NCBI GenBank assembly: GCA_034439575.1
Contig: JAWXAQ010000027.1
Coordinates: 256,001-320,000, forward strand
Reading direction: 5' to 3'
Origin: Leptospira sp.
GTDB taxonomy: Bacteria; Spirochaetota; Leptospiria; Leptospirales; Leptospiraceae
Length of the DNA stretch: 64,000 bases
Both the position numbers and the translations under genes were made by a program. Under the pieces are notes generated by a model. It was not told the origin of the DNA and did not search any database. It worked only from the letters and a program-made list of their open reading frames with translations. Within the stretch, counting starts at the first letter, position 1; every line of letters begins with the position of its first letter. Below are positions 38,465-50,800 of the stretch, piece by piece.

Positions 38465-39253
38465 TCAATTTGATTTTACCTGTTTCAATTCGGAATGGTC
38501 GAGAACCATAGGACCTTCTGTTTTTCCGTGAATGAACTGTTGTATGACGGGGTTTGTTGAATTTTGAATTTCTAAAGAGGTACCACAAAAGAGAACCTGA
38601 CCTTCATATAAAAAACTAATCCGATCGGCGATGCGGTAGGCTGAATTCATATCATGTGTCACAACGATACTCGTTAGACCCAGTTCCTTTTGCATTCGGA
38701 CCACTAAATCATTGATCACATTGGACATAACGGGATCAAGACCAGAGGTGGGTTCATCATACATAACGATTTCAGGCTGTGAAGTAAGGGCACGAGCAAG
38801 TCCCACCCGTTTTTTCATACCACCGGAGATATTACTCGGCATCGTATCCTTGGCGGGAACAAGGTCTAACCAGCGCAATTTTTCCATCACAATGTGGTCC
38901 AATTCTTCGCCGTCTGCTATTTTGTGTTCTCGTAGTGGCAATGCGACATTTTCATATACAGTTAGCCAATTGATAAGCGCACCAGATTGGAAAAGAACGC
39001 CTAACTTTGATCTAAGTCTTTCTTTTGTTTTGTCGGCGGCAAAACTAATTGATTCGCCAAAAATCAAACATTCTCCCATATCAGGATCAAGTAATCCTGT
39101 TAGGTGTTTTAAGCTGACAGATTTTCCAGTACCTGATGGTCCAAGGATCACCATAGTTTCGCCTTTTTTTACCTTTAAATTCATACCTTTCAGAATCTTT
39201 CGTTCTCCGAAAGCTTTATGAACATTTTTCATTTCTATGGCTATAGTTTCCAT
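38465..39253 (-). CDS. mlaF: MlaF/Mkl ABC transporter ATPase
   Basis: [38 protein letters not shown] and VVTHD. Confidence 0.93.
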   Translation of the reverse strand: METIAIEMKNVHKAFGERKILKGMNLKVKKGETMVILGPSGTGKSVSLKHLTGLLDPDMGECLIFGESISFAADKTKERLRSKLGVLFQSGALINWLTVYENVALPLREHKIADGEELDHIVMEKLRWLDLVPAKDTMPSNISGGMKKRVGLARALTSQPEIVMYDEPTSGLDPVMSNVINDLVVRMQKELGLTSIVVTHDMNSAYRIADRISFLYEGQVLFCGTSLEIQNSTNPVIQQFIHGKTEGPMVLDHSELKQVKSN

Positions 39254-39260
39254 ATATGTC

Positions 39261-40037
39261 TCACTTGTAAAAAATGGCTGTTATCACATAACCAAAAAAT
39301 ATTACCATCAAAAATGATGTGACAACTGCTTGGCGTGTAGTTTGTCCGACACCAATGGCTCCACCAGTCGTTCTTAAACCTTGGCTGCAAGATACTGTAG
39401 CAATGATCAGTCCAAAAACATATCCTTTCAAAACTCCCACATATAAATCTTTAAGTCCAGGTATGGATGAAATTCTATAATATACGTCCTGCATATAACT
39501 CATGATATCTATGCCCAATTGAAAGTGACCAACGATGGCACCACCTAATATCCCTAATGTGGATGAATAAATGCACAAAATGGGAACCATAACTGAAAAT
39601 CCAAAAATTCGTGGCATCACTAAGTACCTTACAGGATCAATGGACATGACTTCCAATGCGTCAATTTCTTCTGATACCTTCATTGTCCCAATCTCTGCAG
39701 CCATGGCAGAACCGACAGATGCGGCTAGAATCAGGGAGGTCATAAAAGGAGACATCTCTCTTGTAAGTGTTATGGTAAGTAACAATCCGATTTGTCCCTC
39801 AGCTCCAAAGTCACGTAGACCTAGACCTGTGTTTAAACCCATAATCATCCCAGTAAAAATAGAAACAATACTTACTACAAAAAGGGAACCGACCCCAGCA
39901 ATAAACATCTGTTCCATGATTTCACGGCGTTTGAAAAAAACTTGGTGGGATTGTGCAAAGGCACGAAAGAGTAGTAAGACGGTGAATCCTATGGCATCAA
40001 GCGTTGGACCAATTGTTTTTTCAAAATATTTTTTCAT
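39261..40037 (-). CDS. mlaE: MlaE ABC transporter permease
   Basis: [36 protein letters not shown] and GAIGVGQTT. Confidence 0.94.
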   Translation of the reverse strand: MKKYFEKTIGPTLDAIGFTVLLLFRAFAQSHQVFFKRREIMEQMFIAGVGSLFVVSIVSIFTGMIMGLNTGLGLRDFGAEGQIGLLLTITLTREMSPFMTSLILAASVGSAMAAEIGTMKVSEEIDALEVMSIDPVRYLVMPRIFGFSVMVPILCIYSSTLGILGGAIVGHFQLGIDIMSYMQDVYYRISSIPGLKDLYVGVLKGYVFGLIIATVSCSQGLRTTGGAIGVGQTTRQAVVTSFLMVIFFGYVITAIFYK

Positions 40038-41461
40038 ATTTCAATTAACCAAAATAATTTAACTTTACTTTTTTCACTTCGAGTGTCAAGGCCAACCAGT
40101 CCATATAGAAAGTCATACTTAAAACCAGATTCATTGATCGTATATTCAGCTAACAATGGTATATGTAAATGAAATTCCTCTTCTGACCATCTCTGAGTAT
40201 ACAGTCTTGAAACTAAATGCAGTCTTTTTTCTCCATTATTAAGTTTTTTATATTCAATGATGGAAAAGATTGGTTCCCAAATCTCTTCCAATGCTTCAAA
40301 ACGAACTGGTATAAGTGAAATCGTATTCCAACCAGAATTGCCCTCACTGTCTCTATGATAACGGAGAAGTGGCCAAAATTTCCAATACAAGTCACTACGT
40401 CCAGTACCTGGATATTCTTGTTTGATATGCGTGAATAGAGGAAGTATATAATAAGATTTTGCCTTTAGGTGGTTTGTATTTTGGGATAGGCTGATATAAA
40501 AAGGAGTAATAAATTCGGCTTCTTTATTAGCAAAATAAGAATAGCCATAAAAGGGGAAGAAGACAATTTTTTCAGTATCCTTTTTTGTGGAGGTCGTGTA
40601 TTGGAAAAAGAAAAAGAGAGCAGAAATATTCTTTTGTCCTGTTTTGTTATCATAACCATAGGAGAATAAAGAATTTAGAATAGGAAACCATAGGATGGCT
40701 CGACTTTTCATACTTCCACTTTCAGTATCTTTGGCGAGATAAAAGGGAAAAAAAAGTTTGTAAGTCATGGGATCTTTTTTATCCATTCGTTCTTCGCCCC
40801 ATTGAAAGAAAGGCCAAAGTATCGAATAACGACTGTACTTCCCTAAATGTTTTTTGTGAGAATAAAATGGAAATATCCGCAGATCATCTCTTGTTTCCGA
40901 TTTGCCTCTCATTGTCAGTGGCCATAAAATTGATTGAGCTTCGTAGGATTTATATTTCCATTCTGAATAGAGGGGAAATAAAAAGAGTGGGAAAAAATAA
41001 TACTTAATCTTTTGATAAGAAAGTTTATTTTGCATGGTTCCATAAATTGGATACACGCTTATATATTTTTCTTTGGGTGTGTCGCCTGAACCCCAAAAGA
41101 AGAAAGGGGATAAAAATATATCTTCATCATTCTCACCTTCTTCATGTTTGATACCGGTACCAGTAAAAAAAAATAAAGATGACCACGCATACCAATGATT
41201 AGTTTCCTCTCTATAATAAAGCGGACTTAAAATCGTTTTGAATTTGAGGGCTGTCGTTTTATCTTGAAAACTTCCGTAAAAGGGACGAACATACAAACTC
41301 GATTGGTTGGCTCTCGATTCACTTTCATACAAAAACCAAAATTGGTAATAATCAGAGGGGATGTCTTCTGTGAAGGTATAGGGAAGTTTGGCCTCAAGTG
41401 AAAAATTAAAAAATAGAATACAAATCCAAACTAGACATTGTTTTCTTAAAACATTTGACAC
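40034..41461 (-). CDS. Exported aromatic/proline repeat protein, first gene of the mlaEFD operon
   Basis: Signal peptide (…FNFSLEA-K); about 17 xP[FLI]x repeats; stop overlaps the mlaE start (ATGA). Confidence 0.8.
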   Translation of the reverse strand: MSNVLRKQCLVWICILFFNFSLEAKLPYTFTEDIPSDYYQFWFLYESESRANQSSLYVRPFYGSFQDKTTALKFKTILSPLYYREETNHWYAWSSLFFFTGTGIKHEEGENDEDIFLSPFFFWGSGDTPKEKYISVYPIYGTMQNKLSYQKIKYYFFPLFLFPLYSEWKYKSYEAQSILWPLTMRGKSETRDDLRIFPFYSHKKHLGKYSRYSILWPFFQWGEERMDKKDPMTYKLFFPFYLAKDTESGSMKSRAILWFPILNSLFSYGYDNKTGQKNISALFFFFQYTTSTKKDTEKIVFFPFYGYSYFANKEAEFITPFYISLSQNTNHLKAKSYYILPLFTHIKQEYPGTGRSDLYWKFWPLLRYHRDSEGNSGWNTISLIPVRFEALEEIWEPIFSIIEYKKLNNGEKRLHLVSRLYTQRWSEEEFHLHIPLLAEYTINESGFKYDFLYGLVGLDTRSEKSKVKLFWLIEI

Positions 41462-41506
41462 TAACTTACAATATAGGCTGTTAGCTATGAGGAATCAAGT
41501 GATTTC

Positions 41507-42559
41507 ATGAGTAAAAAAAAGATCGGTCTCATTTTTGGTGGTATTTCTTCGGAGCATATTATTTCGATACGTTCCTCATATTATATTTATAAAACGATAG
41601 ATAGAAACATATACCAAGTCCTACCGATCTATATTACCCCCATCGGTGAATGGATTATCCCTACAAAATACGAAGCGATTTTTCCGGATCCAAAGGATAG
41701 TAATGAAGCGGAATTTTTAAATGAATTTAAAAAACAAAATGAAATTCTAAACCATAGCGACAAACATCTGCTACCTTCATTGAAATTGGATGCCGTTTTT
41801 ATTGGGCTACATGGTGGTCAGGGGGAAAATGGTAGTGTACAAGGATTTTTGGAAGTTCACGGCCTGCCTTATACTGGATCTGGGGTGATGGCATCGGCTC
41901 TAGCTATGGATAAATATCGATCAAATTTGTTATTCGAAAAAGCTGGTGTTCCCGTCGCCCCCTTTTTGGAATTGGAAAAAAAAGATACAGATATCAAAAG
42001 AATGGCGCTTCAGCTTCCTATCTCTTACCCCATTTTCATTAAACCAACATTAGGTGGATCAAGTGTCAACACTGGACCTGCCAAAAATGCAGAAGAAGCC
42101 ATCAAACTCATTGAAAAAGTCTTTGTTATGGAAGATCGTGTTTTTTTACAGGAACTTGTCCAAGGAACGGAAGTATCTATTGGAGTATTAGAGAAAAAAA
42201 TTGAAGGCAAGTGGCAATCATTCCCACTCGTTGCTACAGAAATCCGTCCTAAGTCAGAATTTTTTGACTTCACAGCAAAGTATACAAAAGGGGGAAGCGA
42301 AGAGATCACTCCAGCAGAAATTCCTTCAAATGTTATGGATACTTTAAAAGAATATACTTTACTTTGCCACAAAACACTTGGTTGTCGAGGTTATTCAAGA
42401 ACGGATTTTATAATTAAAAATGGAATCCCGTTTGTATTAGAAACAAATACCTTGCCTGGAATGACTGGGACAAGCCTTATCCCGCAACAAGCCGAAGCTC
42501 TGGGCATTTCTATGAAAGATGTATTTAATTGGTTATTGGAACAGGCTCTTTCTCTCTAG
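41507..42559 (+). CDS. ddl: D-alanine--D-alanine ligase
   Basis: [32 protein letters not shown] and [10 protein letters not shown]. Confidence 0.96.
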   Translation: MSKKKIGLIFGGISSEHIISIRSSYYIYKTIDRNIYQVLPIYITPIGEWIIPTKYEAIFPDPKDSNEAEFLNEFKKQNEILNHSDKHLLPSLKLDAVFIGLHGGQGENGSVQGFLEVHGLPYTGSGVMASALAMDKYRSNLLFEKAGVPVAPFLELEKKDTDIKRMALQLPISYPIFIKPTLGGSSVNTGPAKNAEEAIKLIEKVFVMEDRVFLQELVQGTEVSIGVLEKKIEGKWQSFPLVATEIRPKSEFFDFTAKYTKGGSEEITPAEIPSNVMDTLKEYTLLCHKTLGCRGYSRTDFIIKNGIPFVLETNTLPGMTGTSLIPQQAEALGISMKDVFNWLLEQALSL

Positions 42560-43928
42560 GAAAAAGCCACATTCCTATAAGTATCCCGATTAAACTTGCC
42601 AAAGTTCCATAAAAATGGCTAGTCATTTCATTATGAAACCATTCGAGTGATAACCAAGTGATCATACCTGTAACAAGCGATAGGAGAGCGGCCTTTTGAC
42701 TTGTTTTTTGATTCCATAATCCAAAGACCATGGGAATAAAAATAGATACTAAAGAAATCCCACCTGAATCTTCCACAAGTGCATAAATGGATGGTTTTCC
42801 CACAGCTAACATATAGGATACGATGGAGATGATGATCACAGAAAAGCGAGATAGTTTGAGTAAATTTTTATCTGTTTTGTTTTTTAAAAAATACTTAAGA
42901 ATATTTTCTGATAGAATAGATGAAGGTGCAAGTATTGCCCCTGACGCTGTAGAAAGTATGGCAGATATCAAAGCAGAAAAAAATAATATTTGCACGAGAG
43001 GGGATGCAAATTTAGAAACTAACATCGGTATGAGTAATTGTGAATTTTCGCCGTATAAATCAAAATCTTTTAACAATACCGCGGCTTGTAATCCTAGAAT
43101 TAAAGGAATCATCGCTAAAGACAAATAGATTCCTGATGCAAGATAGGATGCCCGAACCGCCACCTTTTCCGACTTCGCCGACATGACTCTCTGAAATATA
43201 TCTTGTTGGGGAAGAGATCCAAGTCCGACAACCATCCAGGCTGAAATGTACATCACCCAACTATTGTAATCTGGCTTAGGGAAAAAATTTAAGAAACCGA
43301 CAGGTGTATTCTGTAATGTGGTGATAATAGGTTGTACAGAATTGATTTCATAGATCACAAAAGAGAGTCCAATTAATATGGAAATGGATTGAAAAAAATC
43401 AGTAAATGAGACTGACCACATCCCACCTAAAAATGTATAAAATATAACGAGTATAGCTCCGATAGTTAAACCTGCAAATTGGGTTATGCCAAAGATCACC
43501 TGCATCATGATGCCAAGGGCTACAAATTGTGCCGCAACCCATCCAAAGTAGGAGAATATAAGACATATACCTGCCAAAAACTCCATGGTCTTACCATAAC
43601 GATCTCTATAAAAATCTCCAAAGGTAAGGATCTGCATTCTGTAAAGTGACTTCGCAAAAAATATTCCGAGTAACAATAAACAGAGGGCCCCACCAAACGG
43701 ATCTTGGATGACAGCGAGTGTGCCTCCTTTGGCAAATTCGACAGAAGAGCCGAGAATGGTTTCGCTACCGAACCAAGTGGCAAAAAGTGCTGCAGTGGAA
43801 ATGGGAAGGGGGAGGCTACGTCCTGCCAGGATAAAGTCTTTTGCATTTTTGACTTTTCTTGCGGCAATGACTCCGATAAGGACAGTCGTGAGGAGGTAAA
43901 TTAGAACATAGATCCCTTGCGCGTTCAT
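42525..43928 (-). CDS. Sodium:solute symporter family protein
   Basis: [33 protein letters not shown] and SAILSTA; polytopic membrane protein. Confidence 0.92.
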   Translation of the reverse strand: MNAQGIYVLIYLLTTVLIGVIAARKVKNAKDFILAGRSLPLPISTAALFATWFGSETILGSSVEFAKGGTLAVIQDPFGGALCLLLLGIFFAKSLYRMQILTFGDFYRDRYGKTMEFLAGICLIFSYFGWVAAQFVALGIMMQVIFGITQFAGLTIGAILVIFYTFLGGMWSVSFTDFFQSISILIGLSFVIYEINSVQPIITTLQNTPVGFLNFFPKPDYNSWVMYISAWMVVGLGSLPQQDIFQRVMSAKSEKVAVRASYLASGIYLSLAMIPLILGLQAAVLLKDFDLYGENSQLLIPMLVSKFASPLVQILFFSALISAILSTASGAILAPSSILSENILKYFLKNKTDKNLLKLSRFSVIIISIVSYMLAVGKPSIYALVEDSGGISLVSIFIPMVFGLWNQKTSQKAALLSLVTGMITWLSLEWFHNEMTSHFYGTLASLIGILIGMWLFPREKEPVPITN

Positions 43929-43931
43929 TCT

Positions 43932-44213
43932 TTAAAATAAATCGTCTTCCTGTTTTGAAGCTGACTCTTTTATATCTTCCTTTTTCTTCTTAACACTTGA
44001 TTTTATGATCTCACCGTTTTGGCCTTTCGCTAAAAATTCTATTTTTGCTTCTGCTTCAGTTAAACGATCAGAACAAACTTTTTTTAATTCCATCCCTTTT
44101 TCGTAGGCCTTAATGGATTCTTCCAATGACAATTGGCCTTTCTCTAATTTTTCGGCAATGTCTTCTAGTTCGCGCAATGCATCTTCGAATGAAATAATCT
44201 TTTTTTCTGACAT
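43932..44213 (-). CDS. xseB: Exodeoxyribonuclease VII small subunit
   Basis: SFEDALRELEDIAEKLEKGQLSLEESIKAYEKG. Confidence 0.95.
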   Translation of the reverse strand: MSEKKIISFEDALRELEDIAEKLEKGQLSLEESIKAYEKGMELKKVCSDRLTEAEAKIEFLAKGQNGEIIKSSVKKKKEDIKESASKQEDDLF

Positions 44214-44215
44214 AT

Positions 44216-45499
44216 TTAGTCCTTAATTTTGTCTTTGATTTCGGCGGTCAATCGACCTTCACCTAATATTAGTTCTATGTTTTCACCGATTTCTACTTGC
44301 TGAAAAGAGGAGATCACTTTTTTATTTTGATTTCTTATGACAGAGTATCCACGATGCAGTGTGCCTAATGGTGAAAAATTTTCCACTCTGGAATGAATCA
44401 ATTCAAACGTTTGTTTTTTCCTACGAAGTAATTGTTCCATTCGATCTTTTAAAATTTCAGTTCGTAGAAATTCACTGCGTTTTTGGATGAGAAAATTTTT
44501 ACCCAGTAATGAGATGCGATTCATCACATCATCAGTAGCGATAATTCTCGGTTCAAGAAGTGCTAGCGGATTTTGGAAAACATTTCTAGTTGTGACACCA
44601 GTCAACTTCTCTCGGTTGAGTTTTGTTAGGTTTTTTAAGCATCGATCCAATCTATCTTCTGTTTCTGAAATTTTAATTAAAACTTCTGAAACATTGGGAA
44701 TGGCAAGTTTTGCAGCGGCAGTTGGTGTTGGGGTTGTTGCATCGGCACTTAAATCACTTAGTACACGATCTATTTCATGACCCACAGCAGAAATAATAGG
44801 CAGGCGAGAATTGTAAAAGGCATACACAACTTCTTCTGTATTGAATGCCATAAGGTCTTCAAAAGATCCACCTCCACGGCCCGCGATAATCACATCCACT
44901 TCCCATTTAGGATCATTTAATGCTTCTATGGCGAGCCGAATTGACTTCGGTGCATCATCACCCTGAACGATGCAAGGAGAAACTAATATTTGTATGGTGG
45001 GATTTAAATCAGTTGCAATCCTGATAATATCTTCGACTGCTGCACCCTTAGGTGAAGTGGCAATCCCTAATCTGATTGGGTATTTAGGAAGGGGTTTTTT
45101 ATGGGAGGGGTCGAAAATTCCTTTTTCGGCTAGACTTTGTTTTAATCTTTCTATTTGTAATAGAATGTCACCTTCACCTAGTTCTTCGACCTTTTGCACA
45201 GAAAAACTATAATAGCCACCCGGTTCATAAACAGATATGGATCCAAAAATTCGTAACTCCATTCCATTTTTTATAGGTCTACCTTTGTAGTTTTTACTTT
45301 GAAATGAAAAAAAGGCACATTTGATGACGCTCATTGGATCTTTGAGCGAAAAATACATATGTCCAGAGGATGCAGTTTGGGAAAAATTTGAGACTTCACC
45401 TTTGACCCAAATGTTCTTTAGGCCGTCTACTTCTTGTAAACTGGTCTTTACAAGCCGATTGACATCTGATACTGAAAGTGATTGGGGGGCATTAGACAT
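44216..45499 (-). CDS. xseA: Exodeoxyribonuclease VII large subunit
   Basis: GEVSN, SGHMYFSLKD, RGGGSFEDL, SAVGHEID and TPTAAA. Confidence 0.96.
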   Translation of the reverse strand: MSNAPQSLSVSDVNRLVKTSLQEVDGLKNIWVKGEVSNFSQTASSGHMYFSLKDPMSVIKCAFFSFQSKNYKGRPIKNGMELRIFGSISVYEPGGYYSFSVQKVEELGEGDILLQIERLKQSLAEKGIFDPSHKKPLPKYPIRLGIATSPKGAAVEDIIRIATDLNPTIQILVSPCIVQGDDAPKSIRLAIEALNDPKWEVDVIIAGRGGGSFEDLMAFNTEEVVYAFYNSRLPIISAVGHEIDRVLSDLSADATTPTPTAAAKLAIPNVSEVLIKISETEDRLDRCLKNLTKLNREKLTGVTTRNVFQNPLALLEPRIIATDDVMNRISLLGKNFLIQKRSEFLRTEILKDRMEQLLRRKKQTFELIHSRVENFSPLGTLHRGYSVIRNQNKKVISSFQQVEIGENIELILGEGRLTAEIKDKIKD

Positions 45500-46613
45500 T
45501 GACAGAATCTTTGAATCTTGTTTCCTTAAAAATTTTCCAAAAATCCCAAAGAATAATCACAAGTGTCAGAGCCATAGGGCCAATGATAATTCCTGCGACA
45601 CCAAACTCTTGTAATCCGCCAATCAATGATAAAAAGATTAGGAATGGATGGGTTTTTAATCTTTTGTCTAAAATTTTTGGTTTCACAAAGTTTTCTAAAA
45701 TTAAATAGGCCGAGGCACCACCAATCATGACAAAAATTCCAGAAGTCCATGCATTTTGCACAAGTCCTAAATAAATACCCACAGGAAGCCATATAACGGA
45801 GGTTCCAATGACGGGAATGAGTGAGAATATAGTCGCAATACTTGATAGCAAAAATTTATTTGGAACAGATGTGAAAAGTAGAATAAAGTAAATTAAGAAT
45901 CCTTGCAATAAGGAGATAAACATATTTCCAAGCATCACAGTTCTCACTGCATCTTCAATTCTCCGACCAAGCCTTTCCTCTATTTCTTGTGGAAACGGTA
46001 AGTTATTAAAAATTACATGCTCAAGTCGATTTCCCTCTTTATATAAAAAGAAAAGGAGTATAAATGAGAAAAAAGCATTGAATATGATCGTACCTGGAAG
46101 TTCAAAAGATCCCAGTACAAATCCAGAGGAATTTTTAAGAATACTATATATAGAATCTAAGTTTAAAATATCCATATGGGAACCAATATATTCACGATAG
46201 AGTCCAGGAAGTTTGATCCAAAAAAATTCATTTTCAGAAAAAAAATCAGTTAACAAGGGTGAGTTGAGTAGAAGGGCAACTATAGATTCTTCTGATAACT
46301 GATTTCTAATATAACTCACAAGATTTAATGACTCACGTATAATGGTTGATAATATCAAATATGATGGTATGACTACTCCTGCTAACATAAGTAATATCAT
46401 TATATAAGGAGAGAGTGCTCCAAATCGAATGCCGAGTATCAATTTTAATTTTTTATGAAATTTTCTAGTCGTTACATAAAATAAAATGGCTAGAAAAAAA
46501 GACCATAAATAGGGCTTAAATACAAAGAATAAAATATAAGTCGTACTTGCGAATAATAAGGTGAGTATCAAATAGACAATCACCTCATTTTTATTTTCAA
46601 ACCAATTTGGCAT
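45492..46613 (-). CDS. AI-2E family transporter
   Basis: SLIPVIGT, ENFVKPKI and HPFLIFLSLIGGLQEFGVAGIIIGP. Confidence 0.9.
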   Translation of the reverse strand: MPNWFENKNEVIVYLILTLLFASTTYILFFVFKPYLWSFFLAILFYVTTRKFHKKLKLILGIRFGALSPYIMILLMLAGVVIPSYLILSTIIRESLNLVSYIRNQLSEESIVALLLNSPLLTDFFSENEFFWIKLPGLYREYIGSHMDILNLDSIYSILKNSSGFVLGSFELPGTIIFNAFFSFILLFFLYKEGNRLEHVIFNNLPFPQEIEERLGRRIEDAVRTVMLGNMFISLLQGFLIYFILLFTSVPNKFLLSSIATIFSLIPVIGTSVIWLPVGIYLGLVQNAWTSGIFVMIGGASAYLILENFVKPKILDKRLKTHPFLIFLSLIGGLQEFGVAGIIIGPMALTLVIILWDFWKIFKETRFKDSVNV

Positions 46614-46622
46614 AATTTATAC

Positions 46623-47063
46623 TTAATAGGTGGATTGTTTTTTAAAAAAATATTTCACAATTCGTTTTTCGCCCAAATCGTAAACAAATATGGAAAGAGA
46701 TTTTTTGATAAAACCTTCAAATAGATAAGAAGTTTTATTTCCCAATTCGTCTTTCTGGATGATTTTCCAATCTCCAAGTGAACTTCTTTTCTCGATTGTG
46801 TCTTTGATTTCGGATACGCTTAAATTTGATTCTAAACTTAAATAAGATTCTCTCGGATTGGAAAATCCAGATCTAAGTTCCACCGAATTGATATAAGTTA
46901 CTGTACTTGGAATAAAGGAACGAGGGATCGCCGAAGGTACACGCTCAGGTAAATGTGCCACTGTGATTCGATCAAAGGCATACGTCTCCTTACTAAAATG
47001 ACCATCGCCTTGGCAGGAAAAGAAAAAAACTAAGAATGGTAAGACGTAAAGAATCTTGGACAT
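46623..47063 (-). CDS. Hypothetical lipoprotein
   Basis: MSKILYVLPFLVFFFSC lipobox; start refined to ATG 47063. Confidence 0.7.
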   Translation of the reverse strand: MSKILYVLPFLVFFFSCQGDGHFSKETYAFDRITVAHLPERVPSAIPRSFIPSTVTYINSVELRSGFSNPRESYLSLESNLSVSEIKDTIEKRSSLGDWKIIQKDELGNKTSYLFEGFIKKSLSIFVYDLGEKRIVKYFFKKQSTY

Positions 47064-47153
47064 AGGGAAAGCAAATGGAAATGTAAGTATAGTTCCAATC
47101 ATTTTTTAAAATCTTTCTTGCTAAACGATTCGCTTTCGTAAAAAAATCTAGGA

Positions 47154-47792
47154 GTGGAAATTCTTTCGCAATTGCCTGATTTCCTAGCCTATCTTGCCAC
47201 CTTACCAACCTGGTATCTTCTTTTCTTCTTCGGGTTTTCAAACTTTTTAGAAAATGTTTTCCCTCCTTGGCCTGGGGATAGTTTTACCGTTTTCTCTGGA
47301 TTTCTCGCAGGACAAACGAATGCAAAGATAGGGATTTTCGAGCTTGGAATTGCTACATTGATTGGGAATTGGATTGGCGCTCTTTTGATGTTTTACTTTG
47401 GGAAAAGAGTGATCCGATTCCTCCGCGAAACAAAAATTGAATTGATTCGGAAATTATATGAAGAAGAGCCGTTCGAAAAAACCATCCACTGGTTTCGTAA
47501 TTATTCAGGGTTTGTGATCATTCTTTCTCGGTTTTCTGCAGGTATTCGATTTTTTGTGTCGATAGTCGCAGGTCTTTCCAAAATGAATGTGTTCTTATTT
47601 TTATTTTATTATACGATAGCGATTTTTCTTTGGTGCGGTTTATTATTATTTGGTGGTTACCAATTGGGAGAGAATTGGGATCAAATCGTTGTTAGTCTCT
47701 CGATATACAATCGAATCATTAGTTTCATAATCATAAGTATAATTGTTTTTATCCTAGGTTATTATTTTTATAGGAAAAAAGTTCGAAGTTGA
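47154..47792 (+). CDS. dedA: DedA family membrane protein
   Basis: LENVFPPWPGD and SRFSAGIR...AG motifs. Confidence 0.9.
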   Translation: MEILSQLPDFLAYLATLPTWYLLFFFGFSNFLENVFPPWPGDSFTVFSGFLAGQTNAKIGIFELGIATLIGNWIGALLMFYFGKRVIRFLRETKIELIRKLYEEEPFEKTIHWFRNYSGFVIILSRFSAGIRFFVSIVAGLSKMNVFLFLFYYTIAIFLWCGLLLFGGYQLGENWDQIVVSLSIYNRIISFIIISIIVFILGYYFYRKKVRS

Positions 47793-47816
47793 CAAGTTAT
47801 CTTAAATTGATAACAT
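47789..47816 (+). promoter_or_regulatory. Sigma70-type promoter upstream of the SpoIIE sensor
   Basis: TTGACA-N16-TAACAT with a TG extension, 10 nt before the ATG. Confidence 0.45.
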
Positions 47817-47826
47817 TTCTTTCGTT

Positions 47827-50800
47827 ATGCAACATTGGGGACCTATCGCCTTTGACTTTTATTCATTCGGTTCACTCGTCGGAGTTATCTTCGCCTTTTT
47901 CAATGCACAGTTTTTTTTAACAGTCAAAGATAAGTCAAAGGCCACTGTATTTTTGGGCCTTGCCACACTTTCCCTCGGGATGTTCCATTTTGCCTATTTG
48001 ATCGGCTTTTCACTACTTGGACCAAATGCGGCATTTTTACGCTGGTTGGTGATGCCGTCTGCGATGCTCGGTGCCACGTTTTTAACTTCGTTTTTTTTAT
48101 CCTTCCCTGAAGAATACCATCTTCGCACAAGAAAGATCATCTTGCGCGTGTTAATTTTTATCGTTGGATTAACAACCGTATATTTCATTACAGTAAGTAT
48201 CAATTCCGGACGAGTGTATTATTTTTCAGGTCACTACTGGGATTTTCCAGTTCCAAAGTTTTATAAATTCTACGGCCTTGCTGTATTTTTATTTTTTGTC
48301 ATCTTTATTGTCGTTGGTATCATTCAATTAATCAAAATGCCAAAGGAAACTCGCATTCCTGCTGGCGGGATTTTATTTTCTTTTGCTCTTTTAACAATTA
48401 TACCCGGAATATTAAATATTCAATCCAGAGATGGAGCGTTTGAAAGAGGTTTGTATCAAACCATCACAGATTTATTGTTAGTTGTCGGTCTCTTTATTTC
48501 GACAGTCTTTTTTATTAATAGTACAAAAGACAAAACAATGATTTTATCTCGGATCATTGGCATCTCTCTTGCTACTTTTTTACTAGTCATTCAATTGATA
48601 GCATACTCATCTATCCACCAAACGGAAAGTTCATACGATCGTATCTATTACCAAGAAGCGAGAAGTGCGGTTATTTCTAAGGATGTAGACAATGGAGTTT
48701 CTTTTTTCTTTACCTATCAATTGGATGAAAGATCAGGCAAATCGATAAAGGATCCCGAAGGGAAAACTTTTGAGCCGATTGATTACTCAGAAGAATTTTG
48801 GAATGTATGGTTATTAAATTCCATAAGAAATATTTCCGACACGCAAAATATTTCTGAGGCACTTGACGCTATATTTCTAAACCTACCAGAAGAACAAGCA
48901 GGTTATGTTTCTGAGATTCAAAATGCTGTTAACAATTTAAATATCAAAAAACCGAGCGAACTCGTAAGTTATCTCGAATCACTGAAACGAAAGATTTTAT
49001 ATACACGAAATAAATGGAGAGAACTAAACCCTGAAGAATCAAGAGAAAAAGGGCGCGCCTTATTCGGGTTAAAAGAAGGAAAACTCAAAGGATTTCACGA
49101 AAGAGCGATTGTTTTACTTGATTCCTCACTATCAGATAAAGAGGTATATGATAAAATTGATAAAATGCTTGCCCCATTACCTTTGGTAGGTGAAAGAAAT
49201 TATCGAGGTGTCACAAAATTTTCAGAAAACACCCCTTCACCGAAATTTTTTATTAGCTATTTTGTGATCAATGAAAAGACGAGAACAGTCCATGAAATTG
49301 GATTTCCGTATGAAAATTATAGAACTTACCAACATGAAGTGAGTGTTCCTTGGATGTATGGTGGCCTAGCCATAGCAATCTTGGTCATTTTTGGATTTAG
49401 ATTTTTCTTTAGCGGAGCTCTCATTCGACCTATTGAAGAAATTATCGAGGGTTTAACGGAAGTCAATTCTGGGAATTTGGACTATAGACTTGCAATTCAT
49501 GTGGAAGATGATATCGGTTTTATGGCAAGGTCTTTCAATCGCATGGTGCGTTCGATCCAAGCGGCACGTAAACGTTTGCAACAATACGCTGACCAATTGG
49601 AGCAAAAAGTACAAGAACGGACCAAGGAATTAGAAAATACACTCCAAGAAGTCCAAGCCTTAAAGGACCAACAAGATGGGGATTATTTTCTCACCTCACT
49701 CTTGTTACAACCATTTTCAACAAATCACGCAACGCATGATAATGTACAAATAGACTTTTTATTAGAACAAAAGAAAAAATTTACCTTCAGGCAACATTCA
49801 AAAGAAATTGGTGGGGATCTAAACATTGCCAATCAAATTGTATTGAATGATAAAACGTATACAGTGTTTCTAAACGCTGATGCAATGGGAAAATCTATGC
49901 AAGGTGCTGGGGGTGCTTTAGTACTCGGCTCCGTTTTTGAGTCCATTATCACTCGGACTCAACTTTCCCCTGAGGCCAAACGAACCTATCCTGAACGTTG
50001 GATTAAAAATACCTTTATAGAATTACACAAAGTTTTTGAAGGCTTTGATGGAAGTATGCTCGTATCCTTAGTGTTAGGTCTCGTCGATAACCAAACAGGA
50101 CTATTGTATTTTATCAATGCAGAACATCCTTGGATCGTACTCTACCGAGATGGCATTGCTAGTTTTATGGAAGATGAACTGATGTTTCGTAAACTAGGTA
50201 CTTCTGGCGTGGACGGCGAAATATTTATACGCACTTTTCAATTGGAACCAGGCGATGTTGTGATCGCAGGATCTGATGGACGCGATGACTTATTAATTTC
50301 ACTTACCGACGAAGGAAAAAGAATCATCAATGAAGATGAAAGATTATTTTTAAAGGTCGTTGAACGGGGAAGAGGTGACCTTGAAAAAATTTATGAAGAA
50401 CTGCATACCATTGGTAGCCTAACAGATGATTTGTCCTTACTGCGCGTAGCCTTTGTCGAAGAAAAAGAAAAAGTTCGTATTGAAAAAGAAAAACTCAAAG
50501 ACATTCAGGATTTATTAACCAAAGCCAAGGAAGCCACTGTGTCTTCTGATTTACAAGAAGCCATTTCTTATTTGGAAGAGGCAAATTCTCTAGAAAAAAA
50601 CATCCCAGAAATCAAAAAGAAATTTATCCAATTGTATTTAAAGATCAAAGATTATGGAAAAGCAAAGTCCATGGCCAAAGATTATTCCGCTATGAAACCT
50701 ATGGATACGGAAATTATGTATGTGACAGCATTTTGTGCAAGGAAAGTAGCCGATTTAAAAACGGCGATTGATTTTGGAGAAAGGGTAAGGCTACGCGATC

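Noticed and set aside
38439-38468. Internal promoter for mlaD (TTGACG-N18-GATACT, minus strand)
   Set aside because: Plausible, but such matches are common in AT-rich DNA and there is no independent support.
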